A DNA stretch of 64,000 bases from Candidatus Gottesmanbacteria bacterium (GTDB taxonomy: Bacteria; Patescibacteriota; Microgenomatia; UBA10105; UBA927). The stretch is from the NCBI GenBank assembly GCA_903821745.1, contig CAIJMI010000005.1, forward strand, positions 263,802 to 327,801. The letters are read 5' to 3'. Below are positions 28,590 through 37,877 of the stretch, piece by piece; positions within the stretch are counted from its first letter, which is position 1, and each line of letters opens with the position of its first letter. The notes beneath the pieces are model-generated. The model had not been told where the DNA came from, did no database searches, and worked only from the letters and a program-made list of their open reading frames with translations. Both the position numbers and the translations under genes were made by a program.

Positions 28590-30344
28590 ATGCATCGTAT
28601 GAAACGGTTTTTTGTTACCGCTGTTGTTTGTATTTCCCTGCTCATCATGTTCCCAACACGAAGCGTGGTTGCAGCATCCCCAACCCCGACACAACCACCT
28701 ATTCCCGAAGGTCGTGCCATTAATGCGGGTGTTCTCAATACACTGCTTGAAAAAGGCCAATCGATACAAGGCGGGACCGAACCGGTTTCCAGCATCAATT
28801 TTCCCAGTGTCAATCTTGAGGCAAACAATGATTTTGATGTGTCGAATTTACAACCAGTCAGTGATTTGTTTAAGGCAACAGTACCGTTTCTTGACCCGTA
28901 TCTTGCAAAGCAAATCACCAAGGACCAGGATGCAAATCTCTACATTTCCGGAAAAGCAACACATTGTGTCTACGGTTCAGACGGATCATTCCGTCAAGAA
29001 TCAAGTGAGAAACCATACATAACCGAAATCATCCCGGAGCTGTCAGACCTCGACCAATCTTCCAGACAAATTGCATCCCATCTCACCCAATATTCATTTT
29101 CAAAAACCGACGGATCATATAATTTCAAACGATCTCCCCTCGTGCTTGCTGATCCACCAGGATGCGACGAAACAGATATAGGAACCGTACAACAACCAAA
29201 AACAGTCCAGTTGGCCCAGGGAATGAATATCATCCAACTGGTATTAAATTTTCTGAGGACGCTTTTTTCCGGAGACAGCCTCAATATACGGGAAACCTTT
29301 GCATCCAAACAACTGACTCCCTATGCAGAAAGCATGGGGTGTCTGATAAGCGGTTGCCAAGGAGGAACGCTCTCCTATCTTGAGAAGAAAGAACAGGAGC
29401 GCGTCCAAAAAAGCGGAGGCGTTGCAAAAACCTATGCACCAATGATTCATGACGTCACCAAAGGGGAAGTACATGGAGAACAGGAAAATACCTTTGGTGG
29501 AACAGGAGCCATTCAGACACATGTCACGGAATCAAAAGCAATTGAAAACGCAAAAGATTATATCCTCTGTTCCATCCTGCCAAAATCCGAACGCGACAAA
29601 TACGGACTCGCTGGAAAATGCGAACAAGAAACCACATCCTGCGATGTAACATTACCCAAACTTCCTGCGAATCAATCCTGCAAACTCAAAAACAATACAC
29701 TGAAGCTTCCCAAAAATCTGGTTACCGCCATTGAGGCTGCGGCAAGCGCATATAAAGTCCCCGCTTCACTGATCGTTGGTGTCATCTATGGTGAGGGAGG
29801 CTTTAATCCCGGCTCTATCTACCTCAACGAAGCACAGGTTGAAAAATATCTCAAAGGATGCGCTACCCTACCAAACTGTAGCCCAAAAGCGACGATCATC
29901 AAAAACATCGTCGAATTTTATCAGGTAAACTGGAACGATTTATCGAATGCCGTCAACATCATTGATCCCAAAAGAAAACCAAACGCATGCAATTTGTTAG
30001 ACGGGATCTTTGCGCTTGCCAAAGACTTGTCTCAAAATCAATACGGTTCAGCAGCCTTTGCTGGAAAAACCTGTTTTGGCATAAAGCTCAATGCCGGGAG
30101 CGGCGGATCAGCATCATGCAATTGGAGTGATACATCTGCAGAAACGGCAATCCGGGTCTGGGAATTCGGCGTCGAGTGGAACAACGCCACTTTAAGCTGT
30201 GCAACCAAACTCAATAGCTGTCTGATGGGTGGTGGTCTTGACGCGCAATGTCCAACGGGTGGAGATACCTGTGAAACAGGAAGCAATCGCTATACCCAAC
30301 CAAGCCACAACGCATGTATCTGGAACGTATATAAAAGCAACTGA
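28590..30344 (+). CDS. Secreted protein with a C-terminal lysozyme/SLT-like domain, Cys-rich
   Basis: Signal peptide; AIEAAASAYKVPASLIVGVIYGEGG resembles the SLT catalytic-Glu helix. Confidence 0.6.
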   Translation: MHRMKRFFVTAVVCISLLIMFPTRSVVAASPTPTQPPIPEGRAINAGVLNTLLEKGQSIQGGTEPVSSINFPSVNLEANNDFDVSNLQPVSDLFKATVPFLDPYLAKQITKDQDANLYISGKATHCVYGSDGSFRQESSEKPYITEIIPELSDLDQSSRQIASHLTQYSFSKTDGSYNFKRSPLVLADPPGCDETDIGTVQQPKTVQLAQGMNIIQLVLNFLRTLFSGDSLNIRETFASKQLTPYAESMGCLISGCQGGTLSYLEKKEQERVQKSGGVAKTYAPMIHDVTKGEVHGEQENTFGGTGAIQTHVTESKAIENAKDYILCSILPKSERDKYGLAGKCEQETTSCDVTLPKLPANQSCKLKNNTLKLPKNLVTAIEAAASAYKVPASLIVGVIYGEGGFNPGSIYLNEAQVEKYLKGCATLPNCSPKATIIKNIVEFYQVNWNDLSNAVNIIDPKRKPNACNLLDGIFALAKDLSQNQYGSAAFAGKTCFGIKLNAGSGGSASCNWSDTSAETAIRVWEFGVEWNNATLSCATKLNSCLMGGGLDAQCPTGGDTCETGSNRYTQPSHNACIWNVYKSN

Positions 30345-30450
30345 TGAAAGGAAAAACACCCATGGTTTCTCATATCTTTACTTTGTTTCATTCTTTTGAT
30401 ATCATAGCGTACATAACGACCCCGGGAGGGGTCTTTGATTAGGGATTATT

Positions 30451-30660
30451 ATGAACACACCGACAGCAGCAAAAATGACGTCACCAGCACAATTTGTTCG
30501 TGAAGTACTGGGAGAGCTCAAAAAAGTCACGTGGCCAACACGGCAAGACACCCTAAAATTAACTGTCGTTGTTATCGCAATATCAGTCATTGTAGGCATC
30601 TATATCGGCGTCTTGGACACAACATTTTTACGTATAACCGGTCTTTTGTTTAGGAGATAA
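30451..30660 (+). CDS. secE: Preprotein translocase SecE
   Basis: ELKKVTWPTR, single TM. Confidence 0.95.
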   Translation: MNTPTAAKMTSPAQFVREVLGELKKVTWPTRQDTLKLTVVVIAISVIVGIYIGVLDTTFLRITGLLFRR

Positions 30661-30661
30661 T

Positions 30662-31369
30662 ATGGACGATGTAAAAACAAATATTGAAACACCTACAACC
30701 ATGGAACCAACCGTGGAAACCACACCGGTTGCAGCTCCCGCACCTGTTGTGGAAACCCCTGTTGAAACCCCAAAACCAGCCCCAACAAAAAAACTGGATA
30801 TTACCAAAGAGGAACCACACGTTGTCCTTCGAACGGATGTTCCGGAAAACGCAAAATGGTATGTTGTGCATACATATTCTGGCCATGAAAACAAAGTGGC
30901 AACCAACTTAAAACAACGCATCGATACGATGAAACTTCAGAATCAGATTTTTGATATCATCGTTCCGACAAGAAATATCGTAACCGTCAAACACGGAAAA
31001 AAAGAAGAACAAAAAGAAAAGATTTTTCCGGGATACATATTGGTCCGCATGATCTTAAATGACATTTCCTGGCTGGCAGTCCGAACGACACAGGGTGTAA
31101 CGGCATTTGTGGGAACCGGTGATAAACCGACCCCCATCAGTGCTCCTGAAGTTGCAGCCATCATGAAATTCATGGCTCTGGAAGCGCCAAAATACAAGAC
31201 CAGTTTCTCTGTTGGAGAAGCGGTCAAAATTACGGACGGACCGTTTGCGGACTTCTTAGGAACGATCGATTCACTGGATGAAGAAAAAGGAAAAATAAAG
31301 GTTCTTGTTTCCATCTTCGGTCGTGAGACTCCGGTGGAACTTGACTTCTTGCAAGTCGCGAAGCTGTAA
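30662..31369 (+). CDS. nusG: Transcription factor NusG with a Pro/Thr/Glu-rich N-terminal extension
   Basis: WYVVHTYSGHENKV, IFPGYILV, DGPFADF.G, IFGRETPVEL. Confidence 0.97.
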   Translation: MDDVKTNIETPTTMEPTVETTPVAAPAPVVETPVETPKPAPTKKLDITKEEPHVVLRTDVPENAKWYVVHTYSGHENKVATNLKQRIDTMKLQNQIFDIIVPTRNIVTVKHGKKEEQKEKIFPGYILVRMILNDISWLAVRTTQGVTAFVGTGDKPTPISAPEVAAIMKFMALEAPKYKTSFSVGEAVKITDGPFADFLGTIDSLDEEKGKIKVLVSIFGRETPVELDFLQVAKL

Positions 31370-31452
31370 CAAGAATCAACCTCCGCGCCGCCCACCATTC
31401 CAAGGACGACTACAACGAAGGATATATATTGCTTGAAAAAAGAGTGATGAAT

Positions 31453-32019
31453 ATGTCATTTATTGAAAGTGGTTTGTCGTTTATAGGATTGAAAGACCGT
31501 CATGTGTCTGTTCCGGTCGTGCCATGTCATAACCCGTCTCTCCCGAAAAAATTTGAGGCAGTGTTCCAACAGGCGCTGCACAACCCATCGCATCTCGATA
31601 TACCCGCACTGGATACACAACAAGCAGTATGGACATCCCCAGAGGCTGTTTCCTTCCTGTTTGCACATCTCCACACTGTTCCGATCAACGAATTAGAAAC
31701 AATATTACGAAAACAACGACCTATTGAAAAAATAAACGGACAAGCACTCCAAGACCCGAAAACGATGGCGACGGTCATCACAACAACAGCACGGTTTGAC
31801 GAAGAATTTGATCGACGATTATCAGCGCGAGATCCAAACCAAAATTGGAGTGCATGTGACAGTAAATATTTCTACACACAGAAGGCTATCCAACGAGTAA
31901 ACGGATTATCACAAGATGCGGCATTCCATCAATTTCTCAACAATTCGGTCGGATTTGATACGCAACCGGTATTTGAACACTTACGGAACAGCTGCCACAA
32001 AGCACATAGCCAGCGGTAA
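31453..32019 (+). CDS. Hypothetical protein
   Basis: About 188-aa ORF inserted between nusG and rplK. Confidence 0.65.
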   Translation: MSFIESGLSFIGLKDRHVSVPVVPCHNPSLPKKFEAVFQQALHNPSHLDIPALDTQQAVWTSPEAVSFLFAHLHTVPINELETILRKQRPIEKINGQALQDPKTMATVITTTARFDEEFDRRLSARDPNQNWSACDSKYFYTQKAIQRVNGLSQDAAFHQFLNNSVGFDTQPVFEHLRNSCHKAHSQR

Positions 32020-32202
32020 ATTGTTGCTTGCCAGACAGCGTGTTTTTTGTATGAAAGTAACCAACCTCTCACGGCTACCCGTGCTTCACGGATAAAAACA
32101 GAGTTTCAAAGAAAGACGCAATCTGTGGAAGAGGTTCAAAAAATGGTTTCTTTCTTCCGGATACGACACCACGTCATTTCCACAAGAAAGCCAGGTAGAT
32201 GG

Positions 32203-32412
32203 TTACTTATTTTCGGGTTTTCTGGGGGCGGGCATGTTCTTAAAGATAACTCTATCCACTCGACCATGGGTCGGTTGACCGTTTTCGTCCCATTTCGTTG
32301 GCGTTACTTTATAGTTGCCCCCTTCTAGGATTGTATGGAAATCATCTCCACCCAAAGGCAATTCTCCCGATCCCGGGATAACCCAATCGACAAAATCTTT
32401 GTTTTCTGACAT
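32203..32412 (-). CDS. Small hypothetical protein (69 aa)
   Basis: MSENKDFVDW...; TATACT 6 nt upstream of ATG. Confidence 0.6.
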   Translation of the reverse strand: MSENKDFVDWVIPGSGELPLGGDDFHTILEGGNYKVTPTKWDENGQPTHGRVDRVIFKNMPAPRKPENK

Positions 32413-32707
32413 ACACGTAGTATACCACATCGAGCATTGGCATGCGTTTTTTTTCTTTGTATGATTCATACCATGGCACGATGTATACCCCACACTGATC
32501 AATCCAAACAAGCAACGGGTTGCCTCTCTATTGCCTGCAGCAATGTCACGTTCCCGACACCACAGGGTATCACCGGAACACATCCAGTCTCCAGTATGGT
32601 GTGGGTGGAAAACAGCAGAGACTCCGTCGTATACAAACTACCGCTTTACGGGTCAAACATCTCCTGATATAATGATCGAACTTCTGTACAACACTCCTGT
32701 TTTGTAC

Positions 32708-32778
32708 GGAGGGAGAAACCCAAGAAGGTTTCGAAGAATGCAGCATTCCTCACTCCTTCTTGCAACGCGCACAAACCT
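32708..32778 (+). promoter_or_regulatory. Structured rplK-rplA 5' leader (possible L1-binding operator)
   Basis: GGGAG followed by CAAGAAGG/CCTTCTTG stem with inner GAATGC/GCATTC; downstream of TATAAT at 32668. Confidence 0.35.
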
Positions 32779-33207
32779 ATGGCAGCAAAAAAAGTCAAAA
32801 CACAGATTAAACTCAACCTCAAAGCAGGCGAAGCAAACGCAGCGCCTCCTGTTGGACCAGCACTTGGACAACATGGGCTTCCTATTATGGAATTCGTGAA
32901 AGCCTACAACGAACGGACAGCCAAACTCAAAGGCCAGATCATTCCAGCCGTCATTACTGTCTATGAAGACCGAACATTTACCTTCGTTACCAAACTTCCC
33001 CCAGTTGCCGCCATGATTAAACGAACACTTGGAATTGACAAGGCAAGCGGCAAAGCAGGAAAAGAATCCGCAGGAACACTGACAAAAGAACAAGTCAAAC
33101 AAATCGCAACAGACAAATTGCTCGACCTGAATACTAACAATATTGATGCAGCAAGCAAAGTCGTCGCAGGAACAGCCCGCAGTATGGGAATTCACGTGGA
33201 GAAATAA
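32779..33207 (+). CDS. rplK: 50S ribosomal protein L11
   Basis: AG.AN.APPVGPALGQHG, GTARSMG. Confidence 0.98.
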   Translation: MAAKKVKTQIKLNLKAGEANAAPPVGPALGQHGLPIMEFVKAYNERTAKLKGQIIPAVITVYEDRTFTFVTKLPPVAAMIKRTLGIDKASGKAGKESAGTLTKEQVKQIATDKLLDLNTNNIDAASKVVAGTARSMGIHVEK

Positions 33208-33208
33208 T

Positions 33209-34063
33209 ATGGGAAAAGTACGAAAAGTCATCCTCGGAGACGAGAAAGCAGAAAAAGAACAAAAACGAAAAGCGGATGCCAGGCGCGAAGGCAAAAAAGC
33301 CAAAAAGGCGCACGTTGAAGGCGTGGGACTAAAAGGTGGCGAACGCACGATCCTCGTCGAAGGTGATGAGTTAAAACCGGAAGTAAAAGAACTGATGGAA
33401 AAAGTCGAAAAAGGAGAAAAAGCAGAAAAAGACAGCAAAAAGAAAAAAGTGAACGGACCGCGCCAACATGGCAAAAAATATCAGGAAGCTGCAAAGCTGG
33501 TTGATAAAAACAAAAGCTATACCCTTCCCGAAGCATTAAAGCTCGTGAAACTCACAAGTATCACCAAATTTGACGGCACCGTCGAACTGCATATCAACAT
33601 CAATCCCCTTACCTTGGGTGAAAAAAAAGATATTCGTGGCACAGTCACACTTCCTCATGGATCTGGAAAACAGGTTCGTGTTGCGGTTGCGGATGACAAA
33701 TTGCTTGAAGAAATAACAGCCGGAAAAATTACCTTTGACCTTTTGGTCGCGCATCCGTCTATGATGCCAAAGCTTGCCAAAGTTGCCCGCGTCTTAGGTC
33801 CAAAAGGCCTGATGCCAAATCCAAAAACAGGAACCGTAACAACGGACGTTGAAAAACGAGTCAAAGAACTGTCCAATGGGCAGGTGAATTTCAAAAGTGA
33901 ACCAGAAAACCCAATCATTCACTTGGCTGTCGGCAAAGTATCCTTTGAAGAAAAACAATTACAAGAGAACATTGAAGCAGTGCTTGCCGCCATGGGGAGA
34001 AACAAGATTCTGAAAATCACTCTGACGACAACCATGGGTCCTGGCATTAAGCTCGTGGTATAA
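33209..34063 (+). CDS. rplA: 50S ribosomal protein L1 with a Lys/Glu-rich N-terminal extension
   Basis: KFDGTVELH, RGTVTLPHGSGK, LGPKGLMPNPKTGTV, TTMGPG. Confidence 0.96.
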   Translation: MGKVRKVILGDEKAEKEQKRKADARREGKKAKKAHVEGVGLKGGERTILVEGDELKPEVKELMEKVEKGEKAEKDSKKKKVNGPRQHGKKYQEAAKLVDKNKSYTLPEALKLVKLTSITKFDGTVELHININPLTLGEKKDIRGTVTLPHGSGKQVRVAVADDKLLEEITAGKITFDLLVAHPSMMPKLAKVARVLGPKGLMPNPKTGTVTTDVEKRVKELSNGQVNFKSEPENPIIHLAVGKVSFEEKQLQENIEAVLAAMGRNKILKITLTTTMGPGIKLVV

Positions 34064-34198
34064 GCGTCTTCATTGCATGAACCATCCATCCGCTCTCGGC
34101 AAACCAGAAGGAATCTCCTGACCAAGGAAGAAGAGGACAACAACCGAACCACGCTTGAAACACGCACTACAAACGGGAAATCACTCGAACCGTCACCC

Positions 34199-34227
34199 TT
34201 GTCATTTCCCAGTGGATATGGTATAAA
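34199..34227 (+). promoter_or_regulatory. Promoter of rplJ-rplL
   Basis: TTGTCA-17 nt-TATAAA. Confidence 0.6.
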
Positions 34228-34237
34228 TAACCATTGT

Positions 34238-34346
34238 CCTAAAGACCGTAGGCGAAACGAAAGTTTCATAAATCCTACCGAGGGAAAACCAAGTACTATC
34301 AGGCAGCAACTGATATATGTTTCCCGCTTTAGGCGGGATTTTTTGT
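34238..34346 (+). promoter_or_regulatory. L10 leader (ribosomal protein autoregulatory RNA) with attenuator
   Basis: AAGACCGTAGG...CCTACCGAGG core; TCCCGC-tttag-GCGGGA-TTTTTT terminator just before rplJ. Confidence 0.85.
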
Positions 34347-34360
34347 TTTAGGAGGCATCT

Positions 34361-34876
34361 ATGGCAACACAGAAAAAAATGGAAACAGTGCAGGAATTAA
34401 CCGATAAAATCGCACGGGCAAAATCGCTCATTTTTGCTGATTACGTGGGCTTAAAACACAAGCAGCTGGAAGAACTTCGGAAAAGCATGCGCAAAGTCGA
34501 CGCAGAATTTGTCGTAACCAAAAACAAACTCATGGAACGGGCATTTGGTGATAAAGCAGCAGCGGTCAAACCCATTCTCACCCATGCAACCGCAACGATT
34601 TTCAGCTACAAAGACGAAGTGTCAGGCTTGAAAGAACTCTTGAAATTTTTCAAAGCTGCCAACATCGGTACAACGAAAGCCGGTATGCTGGGTGACGTGA
34701 TTCTTACCAATAATGAGATCACAAAGCTTTCAAAGATTCCTGGTCGGGAAATTCTCTTAGGGCAGCTTGCAGGGCAACTCAAAGCCCCTATTGCCAACCT
34801 TCATCATGCGCTTGCTTGGAATCTCAACAAATTTGTGTGGGCACTCAATAGTATAAAAGCAAAGAAAACAGCATAA
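34361..34876 (+). CDS. rplJ: 50S ribosomal protein L10
   Basis: DY.GL....L.ELR, V.KN.L, L.KIP.RE.L. Confidence 0.95.
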   Translation: MATQKKMETVQELTDKIARAKSLIFADYVGLKHKQLEELRKSMRKVDAEFVVTKNKLMERAFGDKAAAVKPILTHATATIFSYKDEVSGLKELLKFFKAANIGTTKAGMLGDVILTNNEITKLSKIPGREILLGQLAGQLKAPIANLHHALAWNLNKFVWALNSIKAKKTA

Positions 34877-34912
34877 AGACAATTATTTGTCGAAAGGTGG
34901 TGACAAGATATT

Positions 34913-35299
34913 ATGGCAAAATTAACAAAAGATGAAATCTTGTCGGCAGTTGAAGAAATGACCGTTCTTGAACTTTCCGATTTGGTAAAAGCATTAGAAG
35001 AAAAATTCGGCGTTTCCGCAGCACCTGTCGCAGTCGCAGCAGGGAATGCAGCAGCAGCAGCCGAAGGAGAAGCAAAAGAAGAACAAACAGTGTTTAACGT
35101 CATCATCACAGAAGCTGGTGCCAACAAAATTGGTGCGATTAAAGCAGTTCGTGAACTCGTTCCAACCTTGGGACTTGTGGAAGCAAAAACACTCGTTGAG
35201 TCCGCTCCAAAAGAAGTGTTAACGGGCTTGAACAAAAGCGCAGCGGAAGAAGCAAAGAAAAAGCTTGAGGCAGCTGGAGCAAAAGCAGAACTGAAGTAA
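34913..35299 (+). CDS. rplL: 50S ribosomal protein L7/L12
   Basis: [34 protein letters not shown]. Confidence 0.98.
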   Translation: MAKLTKDEILSAVEEMTVLELSDLVKALEEKFGVSAAPVAVAAGNAAAAAEGEAKEEQTVFNVIITEAGANKIGAIKAVRELVPTLGLVEAKTLVESAPKEVLTGLNKSAAEEAKKKLEAAGAKAELK

Positions 35300-35321
35300 G
35301 TGGCGCACAAAGAGTATACAC

Positions 35322-35353
35322 AAAAAAAGCCCCGCATACCGCGGGGTTTTTTG
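35322..35353. terminator. Bidirectional intrinsic terminator
   Basis: A7-GCCCCGC-atacc-GCGGGGT-T6. Confidence 0.85.
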
Positions 35354-35372
35354 TGGTCCACTCTCTGCCCTG

Positions 35373-37661
35373 TTATTGTCTCTTTCGCTGATGGGGTTTA
35401 ATCCGGTCCCGATGCCCTTCGTACATCTCCGGTGGATACAACTGCTCATACAGGGATGGGATGCACGGTTTTTTGGGATCCCGGACAAACCATCGTTCCG
35501 CAGTATATCGCCCAGTTGCATCGTCAATAATCTTATCCTCAAATCCCATAAATCCACTGCCAACAAGGTTCTTTATACGAGCTACTTGTGCAACGGGATA
35601 CAGATTGACTTCGATGATTTGTTCCGGTTCCCCTGCTTTTTGTATAGAAATGACACATTTTTCTCGAATGATACGATCCCCTTCTGACCCTGGCCGTTTC
35701 CCTTTCCGAATCGATTCACCATATGCTTCACGATCAGGAAAAGATAAGAAAAGATACGACTGCACCCGTTCATAAGAACGAGACGTATGGGTTTCCGGAA
35801 GAATCCGTGCAGTCCAACCAGATCCTGACAGCTCCTGTTCAAGATGCGCAAGCAGTGCAGTGCGGACCTTACCAGTCAGCGCAACACGGTCAGCGAATGA
35901 GGCATCGGGTGCAAAATTTTGATCCGACAAGGCAATATTGATGGTATGCGCATCAAATAAATCAGATGATTGATACATTTTCCGCATAATAGATTCGGTT
36001 GACTTTGCTGGACGCTCATCGATCATTAAATGCACACGCGCACCATCAATACGTTGGTTCATCGTACGCAGCATCACATCATGACGTACCCCATTGCCAA
36101 TATTAATACATTGAATTTTTGGAGGAAACTCCACAAACGTATTCATGGCAGACCGAAATAAGGTATTCTTTACCGAATCTTTTTTGCTCCGCGCATCGAT
36201 GGCGGTAAGCGTTAATACCAATGTTCTAAATGATTCAAATCGTAACATCTCCATACTTGATGATGTCATATCGTTTGGTGAAATCGAAACGTCTGGATGG
36301 AAGCCAAAACCAATAAAAAGCAAATGAATCATCGGCGTATTCGTCACTTCGTTCATTGGACGATACTCCTGAAATTGCGGTCCTAACGCATGCATGTTCT
36401 CTGCAATATAATCCGGATATTTCTGTGCAATACGATATGCCTGTTGCAAAAATACTTTTGGTTTCCCGAGATAAGCAGACAACGCATCCATAAACTGATC
36501 GTCCATCGTCGTTAAAAATTCCACCCGATCAGACAATGGCATCGCCAGTATGCGTGGCCATATGGTCTGTAACGCGGTAAACGTGTCCATGTTGGATGAA
36601 ATGGGTGTTTGCATTACTTTTGCATACATATGTTCCACAACTGGTCGGATGGATTTTCGAAACGCCCGAACACTAGAAAATGCAGGGGCTGTTGGCACGT
36701 TGATGAGCACATCTAACAAATATTGAGGTGGCGTAACGCTCAATATACGTGGAAGTTTCAATAAGTCAGCAGGCTTCGGTGGTATGGAGGCACCATTTCT
36801 ATCACGAAGATGTTCATCATATAACAGGGCGCGCATTTGTGCTGAGATAAACCCTACGATCAATTCCTTTTTTGTACAGTCACCAGGAAGCTCAGCATAC
36901 GGACGCGACTCACCACCAAACACATTATAAAATTTTCGTATACTATTCACTTCACGGAGAATGGCCACTTTCCAGAGCTCATCAATCCGTTCCACCTCAT
37001 GCATAACATCTCGAATCGCAAGATACCGTTTTTCCCGATGAATCGGATCCGAAACAAACGTATGGTCACCCACCGTAAGATGTTCAAGAAGCGGAACAAC
37101 ATCGCCATTCTCCAGTTGTACCATCCCGTTCAAAAATGCATTCCGTAATGCCTGTGGCGGCACACCATAAATATCCTGTTTTCGGTCAGGTCGCTTCGTA
37201 TCTTTTCGAAGCACGTGAGCAGAAAACGATGACGATCGTATTGGAATAACCACGCAGTGCGCTAATCTTTGTTCTTCATCTTCAGGAACACGATGAACAA
37301 ATGGGGCAAGGGGCGGTGCATGAAAAAGAAAATCCCTGGTCAATTCATTTGCATGATGGACCATCGTCGTATCAAACTCCAAACAGTTCAGTGCTTCCTC
37401 ATAAATCGATCTTCCATCAGTAATTTTTCCTCCAAATGGGGTCATCCGATCGGCTGTTATGTCGATAGTATCTGATTGTCGTGCCAAATATGTTCGTACC
37501 AGTGAGGTATCAGATAATGATGGATCAACGTCCAGTGCCAAGGAAAATTCTTCAAGTGATATCGGCGCGACAGGAAAAATACGCACGACAGGAAGAACGT
37601 CACCAAAACGTTCCTGAATTTCAGATGCACGAAAATATGAATGTTCAGGCGTCATATGCAA
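35373..37661 (-). CDS. Large hypothetical protein with a degenerate Nudix-like N-terminus and a RelA/SpoT synthetase-like C-terminus
   Basis: PFGGKITDGRSIYEEALNCLEFDT; RPAKSTESIMRKM...DLFDAHTINI; IIEVNLYP. Confidence 0.5.
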   Translation of the reverse strand: MHMTPEHSYFRASEIQERFGDVLPVVRIFPVAPISLEEFSLALDVDPSLSDTSLVRTYLARQSDTIDITADRMTPFGGKITDGRSIYEEALNCLEFDTTMVHHANELTRDFLFHAPPLAPFVHRVPEDEEQRLAHCVVIPIRSSSFSAHVLRKDTKRPDRKQDIYGVPPQALRNAFLNGMVQLENGDVVPLLEHLTVGDHTFVSDPIHREKRYLAIRDVMHEVERIDELWKVAILREVNSIRKFYNVFGGESRPYAELPGDCTKKELIVGFISAQMRALLYDEHLRDRNGASIPPKPADLLKLPRILSVTPPQYLLDVLINVPTAPAFSSVRAFRKSIRPVVEHMYAKVMQTPISSNMDTFTALQTIWPRILAMPLSDRVEFLTTMDDQFMDALSAYLGKPKVFLQQAYRIAQKYPDYIAENMHALGPQFQEYRPMNEVTNTPMIHLLFIGFGFHPDVSISPNDMTSSSMEMLRFESFRTLVLTLTAIDARSKKDSVKNTLFRSAMNTFVEFPPKIQCINIGNGVRHDVMLRTMNQRIDGARVHLMIDERPAKSTESIMRKMYQSSDLFDAHTINIALSDQNFAPDASFADRVALTGKVRTALLAHLEQELSGSGWTARILPETHTSRSYERVQSYLFLSFPDREAYGESIRKGKRPGSEGDRIIREKCVISIQKAGEPEQIIEVNLYPVAQVARIKNLVGSGFMGFEDKIIDDATGRYTAERWFVRDPKKPCIPSLYEQLYPPEMYEGHRDRIKPHQRKRQ

Positions 37662-37773
37662 AGAAAACGTTGTTATTATACTCTAAATCCATCAATATAC
37701 AAACAACGAAACTGGCGGTATTATATGTATCAACGCACGTATAACGTCGCATAATATACAAAAACACAACAAC

Positions 37774-37782
37774 TTATCCACA
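37774..37782 (+). promoter_or_regulatory. DnaA box
   Basis: Perfect TTATCCACA. Confidence 0.6.
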
Positions 37783-37797
37783 AAATATTTTCCTCCA

Positions 37798-37843
37798 TTG
37801 ACAATGTCCGACATCACATGATATTGTTTGACTACTAACGATA
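37798..37843 (+). repeat. Five YGAY(A) motifs phased at 10 bp across a TTGACA/TGnTATTGT promoter
   Basis: G of the motif at 37800, 37810, 37820, 37830, 37840: tgaca, cgaca, tgata, tgact, cgata. Confidence 0.7.
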
Positions 37844-37877
37844 CATTTTTTTTCTTGCCCAAAGAAAAGGAGACCAT

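Noticed and set aside
32437-32667. 76-aa ORF upstream of rplK
   Set aside because: No recognisable motif or RBS; possible fragment but unsupported
34073-34351. 92-aa ORF between rplA and rplJ
   Set aside because: Overlaps the rplJ promoter and L10 leader; spurious
37774-37782. oriC
   Set aside because: Only one DnaA box seen and no dnaA/dnaN in the window
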